Virus record (IMG/VR): IMGVR_UViG_3300024350_000006
DNA length: 64,000 bases
From: a virus
Direction: 5' to 3' (one strand)
Below, in pieces: positions 37,581 to 46,261 of this stretch. Every line of letters starts with the position of its first letter. Within the stretch, counting starts at the first letter, position 1. A program made the position numbers and the translations under genes. Below the pieces are notes generated by a model. That model did no database searches. It was not told the DNA's origin and worked only from the letters and a program-made list of their open reading frames with translations.

Positions 37581-39308
37581 ATGCGATACAGTGAACTAAA
37601 AGAATTATTTGAGCCTAAACCAGACGTCACAATAAACTGGAGCAAAGCCTTCAGTGATGAAAGTAATGCTTCTATAGCGACTCCCTCGGGACAAGCTTTA
37701 GAAGTAAATTTTTGGGAGATAAGTCCTGGTGTTGTATCTATTGATTTTACTGTAAATGAATCACACGAACTCACCAATCACAAGGAAGAGATTGCAGTAT
37801 TCAACGGTGTTATAAACAGTATACGAGAATACATCAGTAAACATCCTGTTAAAGATGTTTTGTTTCAGGTTAAAAAAACAGAAGAAGGAAAACGTTTAAG
37901 TGCCTACGTCAAAATGGCAGCCCGCCTAGCCTCCAGTCTGGGCTTCCGTCAGGGTAGCATAGAAGAACTAGAAAGTGTTGACCCTAAACTCTACAGTCGT
38001 TTTGACAATCGCTACAGTAAATTGCTCTGGTACACCAGAAGTGGTGCGCCTAAATTAGATATGCAGGAAGATCGTCATCCCAACGAACGTCCCTACGGGC
38101 CAGAATCTAGACCCACAATGCCAGCGGGAACAGTAAGAGTGGATGTCAGTGATGTCTATGATTGGTATAAACTAGGTCAACATATAAGTGATCTAGAAGG
38201 TCTAGGTCATCACGATTTTGGCAAAGGCCCTCCCAGTACTATTTTAAGTTTTGGTAGTGAAGAGGAAGAACACAAATATATTGGTAATCTAGAAAAAATA
38301 GGACTAACAACTACAGACATAGATCCAGTTGATCCCAAACAACCAAAAGGTATGAAGCGCCAGAAGACTGACCCAACCTATAATGTAAATGAAGGAAAAG
38401 TTATTGGTGCCAATCAGCTGGTTAATGTCTACATCCGAGGTAAGCACAAGGGAGAAAGCTATAGTAAATTAATTGCACAAGATTTTCCCAACAAACACAT
38501 TGATCAGCTTATACAAAAATTAGTGGATAAACATAATGTCAATCCCAATGCCATAGTCTATGGGATTCCTGGCCAGGATCTAGAAGAGGACTGGAAAAGT
38601 GCTATTGCCAAGGGTGCTCTAGCAGGTGCAGTGGCACTTGGTGGCGCAGCACAGGCCAAGGCGCCAGCCAATCCCTATCAGAGTTACACTAATGATCCCA
38701 TAGCACAGATTATACAAAAACGTCAGGACGAATTAAGTGCCAAGGATAAAAAAACTATTCAACAGGTCACACAACACGTGGCCCAGGCTAAAAAATCTCC
38801 CGAGGTAAAAAAGACAAAAGAAACTCCCTACCAACCTATCACAGGTAGTAAACTAGAAACTAGTCTATATAATTTTGCAAAAAAACTTGGCCTTAAAGGC
38901 ACTGAGCTGGCAGCATTTATGGCGCAGACTGCTCACGAGACTGATTATTTTAAAACACTGAGTGAATACAGCAGTGGTGAACAATATGAAGGAAGAAAAG
39001 ATCTTGGTAACATCTATAAAGGCGATGGTGTTAAGTATAAGGGAAGAGGTTTTATACAGATTACTGGTCGCTATAATTACACGCAGGCAGCCAAAGATCT
39101 AGGTATTGATCTAGTTAAGCATCCTGAACTAGCGGAACGCCCAGACGTTGCTGCCAAAGTAACCTGGTGGTACTGGAAAAATCGTGTACGTCCTAATGTA
39201 GCAAGTTTTGCTGATGTTAAACAAGTAACCAAACAGATTAATCCTGCTCTGCGTGGGCTGGAAAAACGCCGACAGTTTACTAAAGATTTTAAGATAGCAC
39301 AAAAATAA
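37581..39308 (+). CDS. Multidomain internal-head protein with C-terminal GH19 (chitinase/lysozyme-like) domain
   Basis: LAAFMAQTAHET...YEGRKDLGN...YKGRGFIQITGRYNY; starts MRYSELKELFE. Confidence 0.78.
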   Translation: MRYSELKELFEPKPDVTINWSKAFSDESNASIATPSGQALEVNFWEISPGVVSIDFTVNESHELTNHKEEIAVFNGVINSIREYISKHPVKDVLFQVKKTEEGKRLSAYVKMAARLASSLGFRQGSIEELESVDPKLYSRFDNRYSKLLWYTRSGAPKLDMQEDRHPNERPYGPESRPTMPAGTVRVDVSDVYDWYKLGQHISDLEGLGHHDFGKGPPSTILSFGSEEEEHKYIGNLEKIGLTTTDIDPVDPKQPKGMKRQKTDPTYNVNEGKVIGANQLVNVYIRGKHKGESYSKLIAQDFPNKHIDQLIQKLVDKHNVNPNAIVYGIPGQDLEEDWKSAIAKGALAGAVALGGAAQAKAPANPYQSYTNDPIAQIIQKRQDELSAKDKKTIQQVTQHVAQAKKSPEVKKTKETPYQPITGSKLETSLYNFAKKLGLKGTELAAFMAQTAHETDYFKTLSEYSSGEQYEGRKDLGNIYKGDGVKYKGRGFIQITGRYNYTQAAKDLGIDLVKHPELAERPDVAAKVTWWYWKNRVRPNVASFADVKQVTKQINPALRGLEKRRQFTKDFKIAQK

Positions 39309-39311
39309 GAT

Positions 39312-40340
39312 ATGCGAGCAAACGAATTTTTAACTGAATTATTCGATCTCCAAACAGCATTCGAACTGGAATGGGACGATAGTTTTGCTCCTGAGGAATA
39401 CCACGCCCTGGCCTACGACCGCCAGGGCAGAACTATTAACATAAGTTTTGTGCCTATTGGTGCCGATGCAGTGGACATTGAATTTACTCGTGGAGGCAGT
39501 CACGATGTCACAGGACGTGGTGATGCTGAACGAGTGTTTGCCACTGTAATAAAAGCAATAGCAACTTACCTAGAAGAATATCGCCAACCTTCCTATGTAC
39601 TTTTTAGTGGTAAAGAAACAAGTAGAAATAAATTGTATCAGAGTTTGGTCGTTAGATATGCAGCTGGTTTTGGATATGAGGTAACTTCTCAAGAAAAGTT
39701 GCCGGAAGAATTACGCAGTATGTCACTACCTAAAGATGTTTTTATATTATCTAAAAAAGCAATAACAGAAGTAATCAACACTAAACAAATCGAACCTGAC
39801 TTTCATCTAGAGAAAGAGATTGACCTTGACGGCGTAGGTACATTAAAATTAGTGGCTGACAATCTTAAAGAGTGGCCCAGTGTTCCACAGTTTACAGTTA
39901 AAGTATTTTTACCCACAGGAGAAAATATTGGCTATTTTAGATTTGTGGTGATGGACTACGAGCCTGAACCAAGGTTCAAGATGTTTGCTAAAAAAACTGA
40001 TCCCTACGTTATAGGCGGTAATGTTAATGTCTGGAGTGAGTACCGACGTCGCGGTATAGCCAGTGCTGTCTATAAATGGGTCAAGAGCTGGGGGAACGAT
40101 ATTAGACCTAGTACTACACAGACTGATGCTGGTAGAGCAATGTGGCGCGGTCTAGAGCGCAACCTAGCGGAAAACTTCAAGGACGGAAAAAATCCCGGAC
40201 GTAAAGGATTAGCCAAACGCAGTGGTGTTAATTGTAAAGCCAGTGTGAGTACTCTCCGCCGCGTGGCAAAAAATAGTAGCGGCGAAAAACAACGTATGGC
40301 TCACTGGTGTGCAAATATGAAAGCAGGACGTAAAAAATGA
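39312..40340 (+). CDS. Multidomain internal-head protein with GNAT acetyltransferase domain
   Basis: VWSEYRRRGIASAVY...QTDAGRAMW; starts MRANEFLTELFD. Confidence 0.65.
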   Translation: MRANEFLTELFDLQTAFELEWDDSFAPEEYHALAYDRQGRTINISFVPIGADAVDIEFTRGGSHDVTGRGDAERVFATVIKAIATYLEEYRQPSYVLFSGKETSRNKLYQSLVVRYAAGFGYEVTSQEKLPEELRSMSLPKDVFILSKKAITEVINTKQIEPDFHLEKEIDLDGVGTLKLVADNLKEWPSVPQFTVKVFLPTGENIGYFRFVVMDYEPEPRFKMFAKKTDPYVIGGNVNVWSEYRRRGIASAVYKWVKSWGNDIRPSTTQTDAGRAMWRGLERNLAENFKDGKNPGRKGLAKRSGVNCKASVSTLRRVAKNSSGEKQRMAHWCANMKAGRKK

Positions 40341-40999
40341 AAGCCTCCGAGTTTATATCCGAGGGTAGAAATACACCAGTAATTGTGGTAGACGTTCAGC
40401 CCGAATATTCTGGAATACTTGACGGTGATGAAAATCCAGTGTTTGGTGAGATAATTAAGTTTGTAAACAATCAAACAGGACCTGTGTTAATGTTTGTTAA
40501 TGCAGAACGAGATGGACTTACAGGGGACACTATTAATGATGTGTTATCCTACTGGGAAGAAACTATAGCAGAAGAAGATCCCAATTGGTATGATGACAAT
40601 CCCTTCGCTCCTAGAAGTCCCATAAACTGGAATCGTTTTCACATTGTAGACAAAGGGTATGGTTGGTTTAGACCCTGGATGGATCAAGGTGTACAACCTA
40701 AATTTATCATACAATTAATTCGTTATATGTATCAACATAAACTTAACGATATACGCGATGATATAGAAGGCGTCTATGAATATATGACTCACAATCCCAT
40801 TGGCGGACAAATAATTGACTGGCAAGACTGGATGGAAGATGAATCTTTCGTAATTAACTGGACCAGTGTAGCACAACTAAAAAAATTTAGTGGTTCCTAC
40901 ATCGTGGGTGGTGGCAGGCAAGAATGTCTTCGTGAAGTTGAACTACTAATGAACGCATTTAATATTAAATACAAACGTATAGACAGTTTGGTCTACTAA
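40337..40999 (+). CDS. Isochorismatase/cysteine-hydrolase-like protein with capsid-targeting-like leader
   Basis: VIVVDVQPEY...VDKGYG...GGGRQECL; starts MKASEFISE. Confidence 0.55.
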   Translation: MKASEFISEGRNTPVIVVDVQPEYSGILDGDENPVFGEIIKFVNNQTGPVLMFVNAERDGLTGDTINDVLSYWEETIAEEDPNWYDDNPFAPRSPINWNRFHIVDKGYGWFRPWMDQGVQPKFIIQLIRYMYQHKLNDIRDDIEGVYEYMTHNPIGGQIIDWQDWMEDESFVINWTSVAQLKKFSGSYIVGGGRQECLREVELLMNAFNIKYKRIDSLVY

Positions 41000-41009
41000 G
41001 AGAACAATA

Positions 41010-41609
41010 ATGAAATCCAGTGAATTTACCCGTAAACCTCGTAAGCTAGTCATTTTTGACATAGATGACACCCTAGTACATACTCAGACCAAGGTTAAAG
41101 TTATACGTGACGGTGAGGTAGTTAGAGAACTTAATAGTCATCAGTTTACACATTACAAACTAGCACCAGGTGAGAGTTTTGATTTTGGTGCTTTTAGAAG
41201 TGCTAGAGAATTCTTTCATCATAGTCAGCCCATAGTACCTATGATCAAACAGCTTCGCGACGACATCGCCACAGGCAATCGTGTGGCAATGGTCACAGCA
41301 CGTGAAGATTTCGACGATAAAGAAATATTTTTAAAAACATTTGAAAAGTGGAACGTGGATATGAATCGTGTCCACGTTCATCGTGCTGGAAATCTAAAAG
41401 GCCCCGAGGGCATACACGACAAAAAGAAGATTATTATACGTAAGTTACTGGACAGCGAAGATTTTACTAAAGCTATTATGTACGACGACAGTGTACCAAA
41501 TTTAAAATCCTTTCTGGAACTCAAACAGGAGTACCCGGATACAAGTTTTTATGCCTGGCACGTGGACCAAAGTGGTAGCACACACGAACTAGCCCGCGCC
41601 AAAGAATAA
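41010..41609 (+). CDS. HAD-superfamily phosphatase
   Basis: VIFDIDDTL, VTAR, K, MYDD; starts MKSSEF. Confidence 0.8.
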   Translation: MKSSEFTRKPRKLVIFDIDDTLVHTQTKVKVIRDGEVVRELNSHQFTHYKLAPGESFDFGAFRSAREFFHHSQPIVPMIKQLRDDIATGNRVAMVTAREDFDDKEIFLKTFEKWNVDMNRVHVHRAGNLKGPEGIHDKKKIIIRKLLDSEDFTKAIMYDDSVPNLKSFLELKQEYPDTSFYAWHVDQSGSTHELARAKE

Positions 41610-41668
41610 ACCAGCTTGACATTTATAACATCTGGTGCTAGACTGGGCTTTTCAGTCAAGGCGGCACT

Positions 41669-42040
41669 ATGTTAACGAAATCACAACTAGCCCTACTAAC
41701 CATTCTGGTCTGCAATCTTGCAGCGGCGCAGGAACAGGCCTGTCGCTGGGAAGAAGTAACTGTGATATTACCACCAAAAGTCTATCACGCCAGTCCGGCG
41801 GCAGGCACCACACAACAAGGTCTTAGAGAAGAAGCCTATTGTGAAACTCTGCCCAAGGATCAGTTAAACTGGCGTGCCTATCAAAAATGTGTAAGTGAAG
41901 CCTACGTGCGCGATGCTGAGCGTCGTACTGCCACACAGGGGCGACCTGTTTCTGAAGTTATTAGAACTAGACGCTGTGTGCCTATACAATCTGGTGATGT
42001 TAATGCCAAGACAGAAAATCTAGACCGGCTGAGTGAATAA
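41669..42040 (+). CDS. Secreted hypothetical protein
   Basis: Signal peptide, 4 Cys in the mature part. Confidence 0.55.
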   Translation: MLTKSQLALLTILVCNLAAAQEQACRWEEVTVILPPKVYHASPAAGTTQQGLREEAYCETLPKDQLNWRAYQKCVSEAYVRDAERRTATQGRPVSEVIRTRRCVPIQSGDVNAKTENLDRLSE

Positions 42041-42446
42041 AATGCAGATCATTGATCACGATTCTAGAAATCGTTTAGTAAATTCCGGCATTAGTTTTAT
42101 GCAAACCATAACAGACATCTATGGTGCCGAGAAAGGAATGCAGCTTTGGGAAGTAATTGCAGACACTGTTAGTCCAGATCTTAAAGGTGACATCTTTATG
42201 GCCTTGCTCACAGGTAATTACCATCAGGATAGAATTCACGTTAGACAACCTTTTCAAGGACCAATGGCTAGCAAAGTAAGTCTTATCAAGTGTATTAGAA
42301 ATTACGATAAAAGAAGACTGGGACTTAAAGAAGCCAAAGACATTGCTGACAGCCTGGAAACTGGAGCTATACAGGTATTAGAAGTACAGCCCGAGATACG
42401 ATCCACCTTTGTTGTTGAACTACGTAAACTGGGTATGGTTATTTAA
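42033..42446 (+). CDS. Protein with ribosomal bL12 C-terminal-like domain
   Basis: KVSLIKCIR...LGLKEAKDIAD resembles the L7/L12 CTD KIAVIKAVR...LGLKEAKDLVE. Confidence 0.6.
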   Translation: MNKMQIIDHDSRNRLVNSGISFMQTITDIYGAEKGMQLWEVIADTVSPDLKGDIFMALLTGNYHQDRIHVRQPFQGPMASKVSLIKCIRNYDKRRLGLKEAKDIADSLETGAIQVLEVQPEIRSTFVVELRKLGMVI

Positions 42447-42480
42447 TTAACAACTTTGTTGCTTTTTAGCAACAAAAAAA

Positions 42481-42539
42481 TCTGGTTGACAATAACTACC
42501 AAAATGGCTATAATAGCGGTATAGTAATTAACAAGGAGC
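42481..42539 (+). promoter_or_regulatory. Repeated early promoter/SD cassette, copy 1
   Basis: TCTGGTTGACA-N17-TATAATAGCGGTATAGTAATTAACAAGGAGC. Confidence 0.85.
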
Positions 42540-42543
42540 AGAA

Positions 42544-42783
42544 ATGATACTAGCTGACCAAGTTAACAAATTAGTAACACTTAGCCGCCACGATCTTAGC
42601 CAGATTCTTGCCCGTACAGGTTATACAGGCGTAAGTTTTAAATCTGTTAAGTTTTTGGGTATTACCAACAGCGGTGACTTTTGCTATTCTGCAACTTATT
42701 TTGACGAAGCGGGCACTGGCGAAGAAACTTGCAAGGTTTATGTTAGCAAAGATGCAACAGGTGACCTCACCGCGGAATTCTAA
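42544..42783 (+). CDS. Early hypothetical protein
   Basis: Follows cassette SD. Confidence 0.65.
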   Translation: MILADQVNKLVTLSRHDLSQILARTGYTGVSFKSVKFLGITNSGDFCYSATYFDEAGTGEETCKVYVSKDATGDLTAEF

Positions 42784-42784
42784 A

Positions 42785-42843
42785 TCTGGTTGACTTTAAT
42801 TACCAATTCGGCTATAATAGCGGTATAGTAATTAATAAGGAGC
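42785..42843 (+). promoter_or_regulatory. Repeated early promoter/SD cassette, copy 2
   Basis: TCTGGTTGACT-N17-TATAATAGCGGTATAGTAATTAATAAGGAGC. Confidence 0.85.
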
Positions 42844-42850
42844 GTAACAA

Positions 42851-43150
42851 ATGAGCAAGCTTACTGCCTACACTGTTGTAGTTTACAAAGCAGACCGTCG
42901 TATTAAAAAAGACGAACGGTATGGTCGCAATAAAAAAGGTCTGCGTTTTGTTTCAGAGCGTGACTTTGCACCTAGTACCAAGGACTATATCAATACGGTG
43001 GCAAATGCGGACCGCAGAGCAGGCTATATTGTGGAAGTTTTTGAGACTTATGTAACTCGTAAGAATCTTTTGTCAGGTAATGAGTATCAGGAGCGTTATG
43101 ATACTCCTAGTTTTTGTTCCCCTAGTTCTGAATCTTTTTGGAGTATGTAA
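42851..43150 (+). CDS. Early hypothetical protein
   Basis: Follows cassette SD; ends DTPSFCSPSSESFWSM. Confidence 0.65.
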   Translation: MSKLTAYTVVVYKADRRIKKDERYGRNKKGLRFVSERDFAPSTKDYINTVANADRRAGYIVEVFETYVTRKNLLSGNEYQERYDTPSFCSPSSESFWSM

Positions 43151-43151
43151 T

Positions 43152-43379
43152 ATGAGAGTAGCACACGATTTTGGTAAGGTACGTATTGTCCATCTAGGCG
43201 ACCCAATGGATTTTGCCAGCGACATACTAGTAGAAATTCAGGAGGCAGATGGTACCTGGCGTCGTTATGCAGGCTTTAACAGTTTAAGTGATGACTGGGC
43301 GCATACCAATGCTAGAGAGGCCGCGGGTCGTGCTATAGCAATGCTGGCCAAACAGGCAGCAGAATCATTTTCGGAGTAA
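43152..43379 (+). CDS. Early hypothetical protein
   Basis: ATG at 43152 (MRVAHDFG). Confidence 0.55.
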   Translation: MRVAHDFGKVRIVHLGDPMDFASDILVEIQEADGTWRRYAGFNSLSDDWAHTNAREAAGRAIAMLAKQAAESFSE

Positions 43380-43667
43380 ACAATTATGACCAAATGGATC
43401 TTTATAGGCTTGATCGTGATCTATGTGGTCAGCCCACGTACTGCTCAAAAGTTGGTTGATAGTACAGCCACAGCCGTGGTGGGAACCGTCAAAATGATTG
43501 CTCATAGCACAGTAAGTGCAGCACAGAATTAAAATATTTGCAATCTTTTTGGTAAACAGAATCAAAATAGTGGTTGACTTTATATGCAGTTCCAGCTACT
43601 ATGCTGATACGTTGGCTAGTACCAACACATTTTTATTTCAACAACCTTAATACAAGGAGTATCAAAG

Positions 43668-44045
43668 ATGAGTAATGACCGTATGTTTACAGTGGCAGGC
43701 GTTGCTGTTCGTAAAGGTGAGTACAAGACCCGTTTCGGCACTGATATGGTTGTCAAGACCAAGGCACTACACAAGGCAGGTATCGAAGATATCAATCTTA
43801 TTGAGCTGCCTAAGCCTATGAGCCGTGGTGAGGCTGCACGTTTCCTCAAGGGCACTGAGCTCTATAAAAATCCGGTCTACGCCGCTGCCATCGACGCAGC
43901 CGACGAGAAGTACCAGGGTGCTGGCACTATGGTTAACCGCGCTAATGCTGTCAAGGTTAGCAAACCTGGCAAGGCCAAGGCTGAAAAGCCCAGCCTGGAC
44001 AGTATCAAGGCCAAGGCTGGTAAAAAGCAAGCCGAAACAGTCTAA
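43668..44045 (+). CDS. Basic, A/K-rich hypothetical protein
   Basis: AGGAG SD, own promoter, terminator 44065-44088. Confidence 0.65.
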   Translation: MSNDRMFTVAGVAVRKGEYKTRFGTDMVVKTKALHKAGIEDINLIELPKPMSRGEAARFLKGTELYKNPVYAAAIDAADEKYQGAGTMVNRANAVKVSKPGKAKAEKPSLDSIKAKAGKKQAETV

Positions 44046-44101
44046 GCAGACTGTAAGCCAAGACAAGCGGGCCTAGTGCCCGCTTTTTCTATAAATATGG
44101 T

Positions 44102-44242
44102 ATGGGAACCGAGCAGTTATATTTTATTATTGGATTTTTGCTAGGCACAATGCTGACTGGTTGCGTACTAGCTATTGGCGTTATTCTCTGGTACGAGTGG
44201 TATATCAAACCATCTAGACCAGAAGATCCGGACACACCTTAG
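44102..44242 (+). CDS. 46-aa single-TM protein (not in ORF track)
   Basis: After TATAAATA at 44090; ends in TAG inside a hairpin. Confidence 0.5.
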   Translation: MGTEQLYFIIGFLLGTMLTGCVLAIGVILWYEWYIKPSRPEDPDTP

Positions 44243-44304
44243 GACCGTGTGTGGGCGGCTGCTGCCCTACCCAGAGGAGTCGTGCCCCGAGGGTAAGAGT
44301 GAGC
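44233..44304 (+). ncRNA. Candidate compact GC-rich structured RNA element
   Basis: Three consecutive stems cacac/gtgtg, gggc/gccc, taccc/gggta. Confidence 0.4.
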
Positions 44305-44308
44305 TAAA

Positions 44309-44500
44309 ATGAAAGTAGTCTGGGTTTTAGTAGTATTAGTCTTTGCAGATGGTGAATGGCGTGAATGGAACAGTTATTCACGTCGCGAAGAGTGTGAGGA
44401 AATAATACCGGTACTAACACATCATCGAGAAAATCAACTACAGGCTATATGCCAACCAAGGCAAGTAGACAAACAATATGAAATTAAAAGAGATAATTGA
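44309..44500 (+). CDS. Small secreted two-Cys protein
   Basis: Hydrophobic N-terminus, CEE...IC. Confidence 0.55.
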   Translation: MKVVWVLVVLVFADGEWREWNSYSRREECEEIIPVLTHHRENQLQAICQPRQVDKQYEIKRDN

Positions 44501-44855
44501 ATCTGCAGATGGAATTTTTAACAAGATTCTAACTCACGAGACCACCCCTGAGGCTGCACGCCAAATCCGGGCTAGGGGTTTTGCACAACCTAGATTTGGA
44601 CAGGGTATTTTCTTTAATGCCCAGGGTCTAAGCTACAGTGGTGGCGGTTACGGCGGCGCCGAGGTACAGGCTCAGATAATCGGACCCAGCAAGGGAATTT
44701 TAAACCTAGAAGACGATGATAATTTACCACTAGATCTTGATGAGTATGCCGACGGCGAAGAAATAGCCCGTTATGCTCGTAAAAAAGGTTACTGGGCCTG
44801 GACAGATGGTATGCAGTTTGTGGTATTGCACAGTAGATACATCAAGGTGTTATAA
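44478..44855 (+). CDS. ADP-ribosyltransferase-like protein with capsid-targeting-like leader
   Basis: MKLKEIIES; LTHETT..AA.QI...GF...GQGIFF...YG. Confidence 0.5.
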   Translation: MKLKEIIESADGIFNKILTHETTPEAARQIRARGFAQPRFGQGIFFNAQGLSYSGGGYGGAEVQAQIIGPSKGILNLEDDDNLPLDLDEYADGEEIARYARKKGYWAWTDGMQFVVLHSRYIKVL

Positions 44856-45046
44856 TGTGGGCACTTTTTGTAGTAGTTTTTTATCTCCAAACCCCAGATA
44901 GTGTGGGCAAGGTAGCGGGTAGTTTTGAGTTAAGAATGAGATCGCAGGAAAGTTGCATTAAATCCAAAGAACAAATGGAAAAGAACTGGAATTACGAAAA
45001 ACATAGGATCAATGCTAGTTGTACTTACAAAGGTTATCTACAATAA
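44855..45046 (+). CDS. Small secreted two-Cys protein
   Basis: MWALFVVVF...SQESC...SC. Confidence 0.55.
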   Translation: MWALFVVVFYLQTPDSVGKVAGSFELRMRSQESCIKSKEQMEKNWNYEKHRINASCTYKGYLQ

Positions 45047-45132
45047 ATGTACCACAAAACTCTATTGACATTAGCTATATGAGCTGCTACAATTATAGCC
45101 TAGATAGGTTATTTTTTATATAGGTAACTGAT

Positions 45133-45282
45133 TTGATAATTTGTATTTGTCGTAACATAAAAGAATCTGATTTTGAAACAAAAGAGGAAATGATCCAACG
45201 CATAATGCAGCTGGATCACAACTGCGGACAGTGCCAAGAGTATGTCCAAAAGTTAAAAGAATTGTTGTATGAAGTTGAATGA
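45133..45282 (+). CDS. Bfd-like [2Fe-2S] ferredoxin (49 aa, TTG start; not in ORF track)
   Basis: MIICICRNI...NCGQC (CxC...CGxC); TTGACA...TACAAT promoter at about 45066. Confidence 0.6.
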   Translation: MIICICRNIKESDFETKEEMIQRIMQLDHNCGQCQEYVQKLKELLYEVE

Positions 45283-45558
45283 AAGGTGTTCTGGACCCCG
45301 GTTCGACCCCGGGCAGGTCCACCAGAAGCATTCTCCTCAAGTATCTGATGACAATCGTTCAGGGGACGAGAAAGAGTTTAGAGTGCTTCTGATGGGCCTG
45401 AATTTGGTTTCGACAGGGCACGGAGTAAGGATATGGACAACACGGTAGGCGATCTCCGTAAAAGAAGCAAATCTATAACTGCAAACGCAGCTAATGACGA
45501 GGTCTTTGCTCTAGCAGCATAACCTCTGGGGCAACTATGCCTTATTACCCAAAATAGT
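45262..45558 (+). ncRNA. ssrA: Circularly permuted (two-piece) tmRNA; tag ANAANDEVFALAA
   Basis: T-arm and acceptor CAGGTCCACCA end at 45324, before the 5' end GGGCCTG at 45394; G3.U70 Ala pair; tag ORF 45481-45522; outer ends approximate. Confidence 0.88.
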
Positions 45559-45584
45559 ATAGGGACTTCGGTCCCTATTTTTTT
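45559..45584 (+). terminator. Rho-independent terminator of tmRNA
   Basis: atagggac-ttcg-gtccctat-tttttt. Confidence 0.85.
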
Positions 45585-45616
45585 GAATAAATACTGTAAC
45601 AAATGCCCAGACCTAA

Positions 45617-46261
45617 ATGAAAAAAACAGTAGCATTATTTGTACATCAACCACGATGCTGTATAGAGAGTGTGAATGGTATCCTAAGTGCTCTGGGTAAC
45701 GATTATAAGTTCAAAATTTTCACACGCCACGAAGTAGACGATGATTTTTTTGACGACGTAGATCTTTTCTGTGTGCCCGGAGGTGTTGGTGACAGTGATA
45801 GCTGGGACTGGTTAATGGACTACCATATTGATCTCATACAAAGCTATTTAAATCGCAAGGGTAAGTATTTGGGAATATGTATGGGGGCCTACTGGGCTGA
45901 TAGTTACTATTTTAATATCCTCAAGGACATAGAAGTGCATCAATATATAAAACGCCCGAATGCAGATACTCGTAGGCCACACGCCAAGGCTCAACCAGTT
46001 CGCTGGCGTGGCGAAAATCTAAAAATGTATTTTTACGATGGCTGCGCCTTCTCTGGACCAGGTGTTGTAAACAGTGAAATTTGGGCTACCTACCCCAATG
46101 GTGACCCAATGGCACTTATACAGGGTAATGTAGGTGTAATAGGATGTCATCCCGAGAGTGAGCAAAGTTGGTATGATGACTATAGCTGGCTACCCAGACA
46201 CTGGCACAACAAATATCATCATAAACTTTTATTGGCCTTTGTAAATAGGCTAATTAAATGA
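45617..46261 (+). CDS. Class I glutamine amidotransferase-like (BPL_N-type) protein
   Basis: VPGG, YLGICMGAY, HPE. Confidence 0.75.
   Translation: MKKTVALFVHQPRCCIESVNGILSALGNDYKFKIFTRHEVDDDFFDDVDLFCVPGGVGDSDSWDWLMDYHIDLIQSYLNRKGKYLGICMGAYWADSYYFNILKDIEVHQYIKRPNADTRRPHAKAQPVRWRGENLKMYFYDGCAFSGPGVVNSEIWATYPNGDPMALIQGNVGVIGCHPESEQSWYDDYSWLPRHWHNKYHHKLLLAFVNRLIK

Noticed and set aside
45291-45324. Stand-alone tRNA or attachment-site fragment
   Set aside because: There is no anticodon arm; it pairs with GGGCCTG downstream and belongs to the permuted tmRNA.
45116-45653. Minus-strand ORFs 45116-45340 and 45378-45653
   Set aside because: They are antisense shadows of the tmRNA locus.
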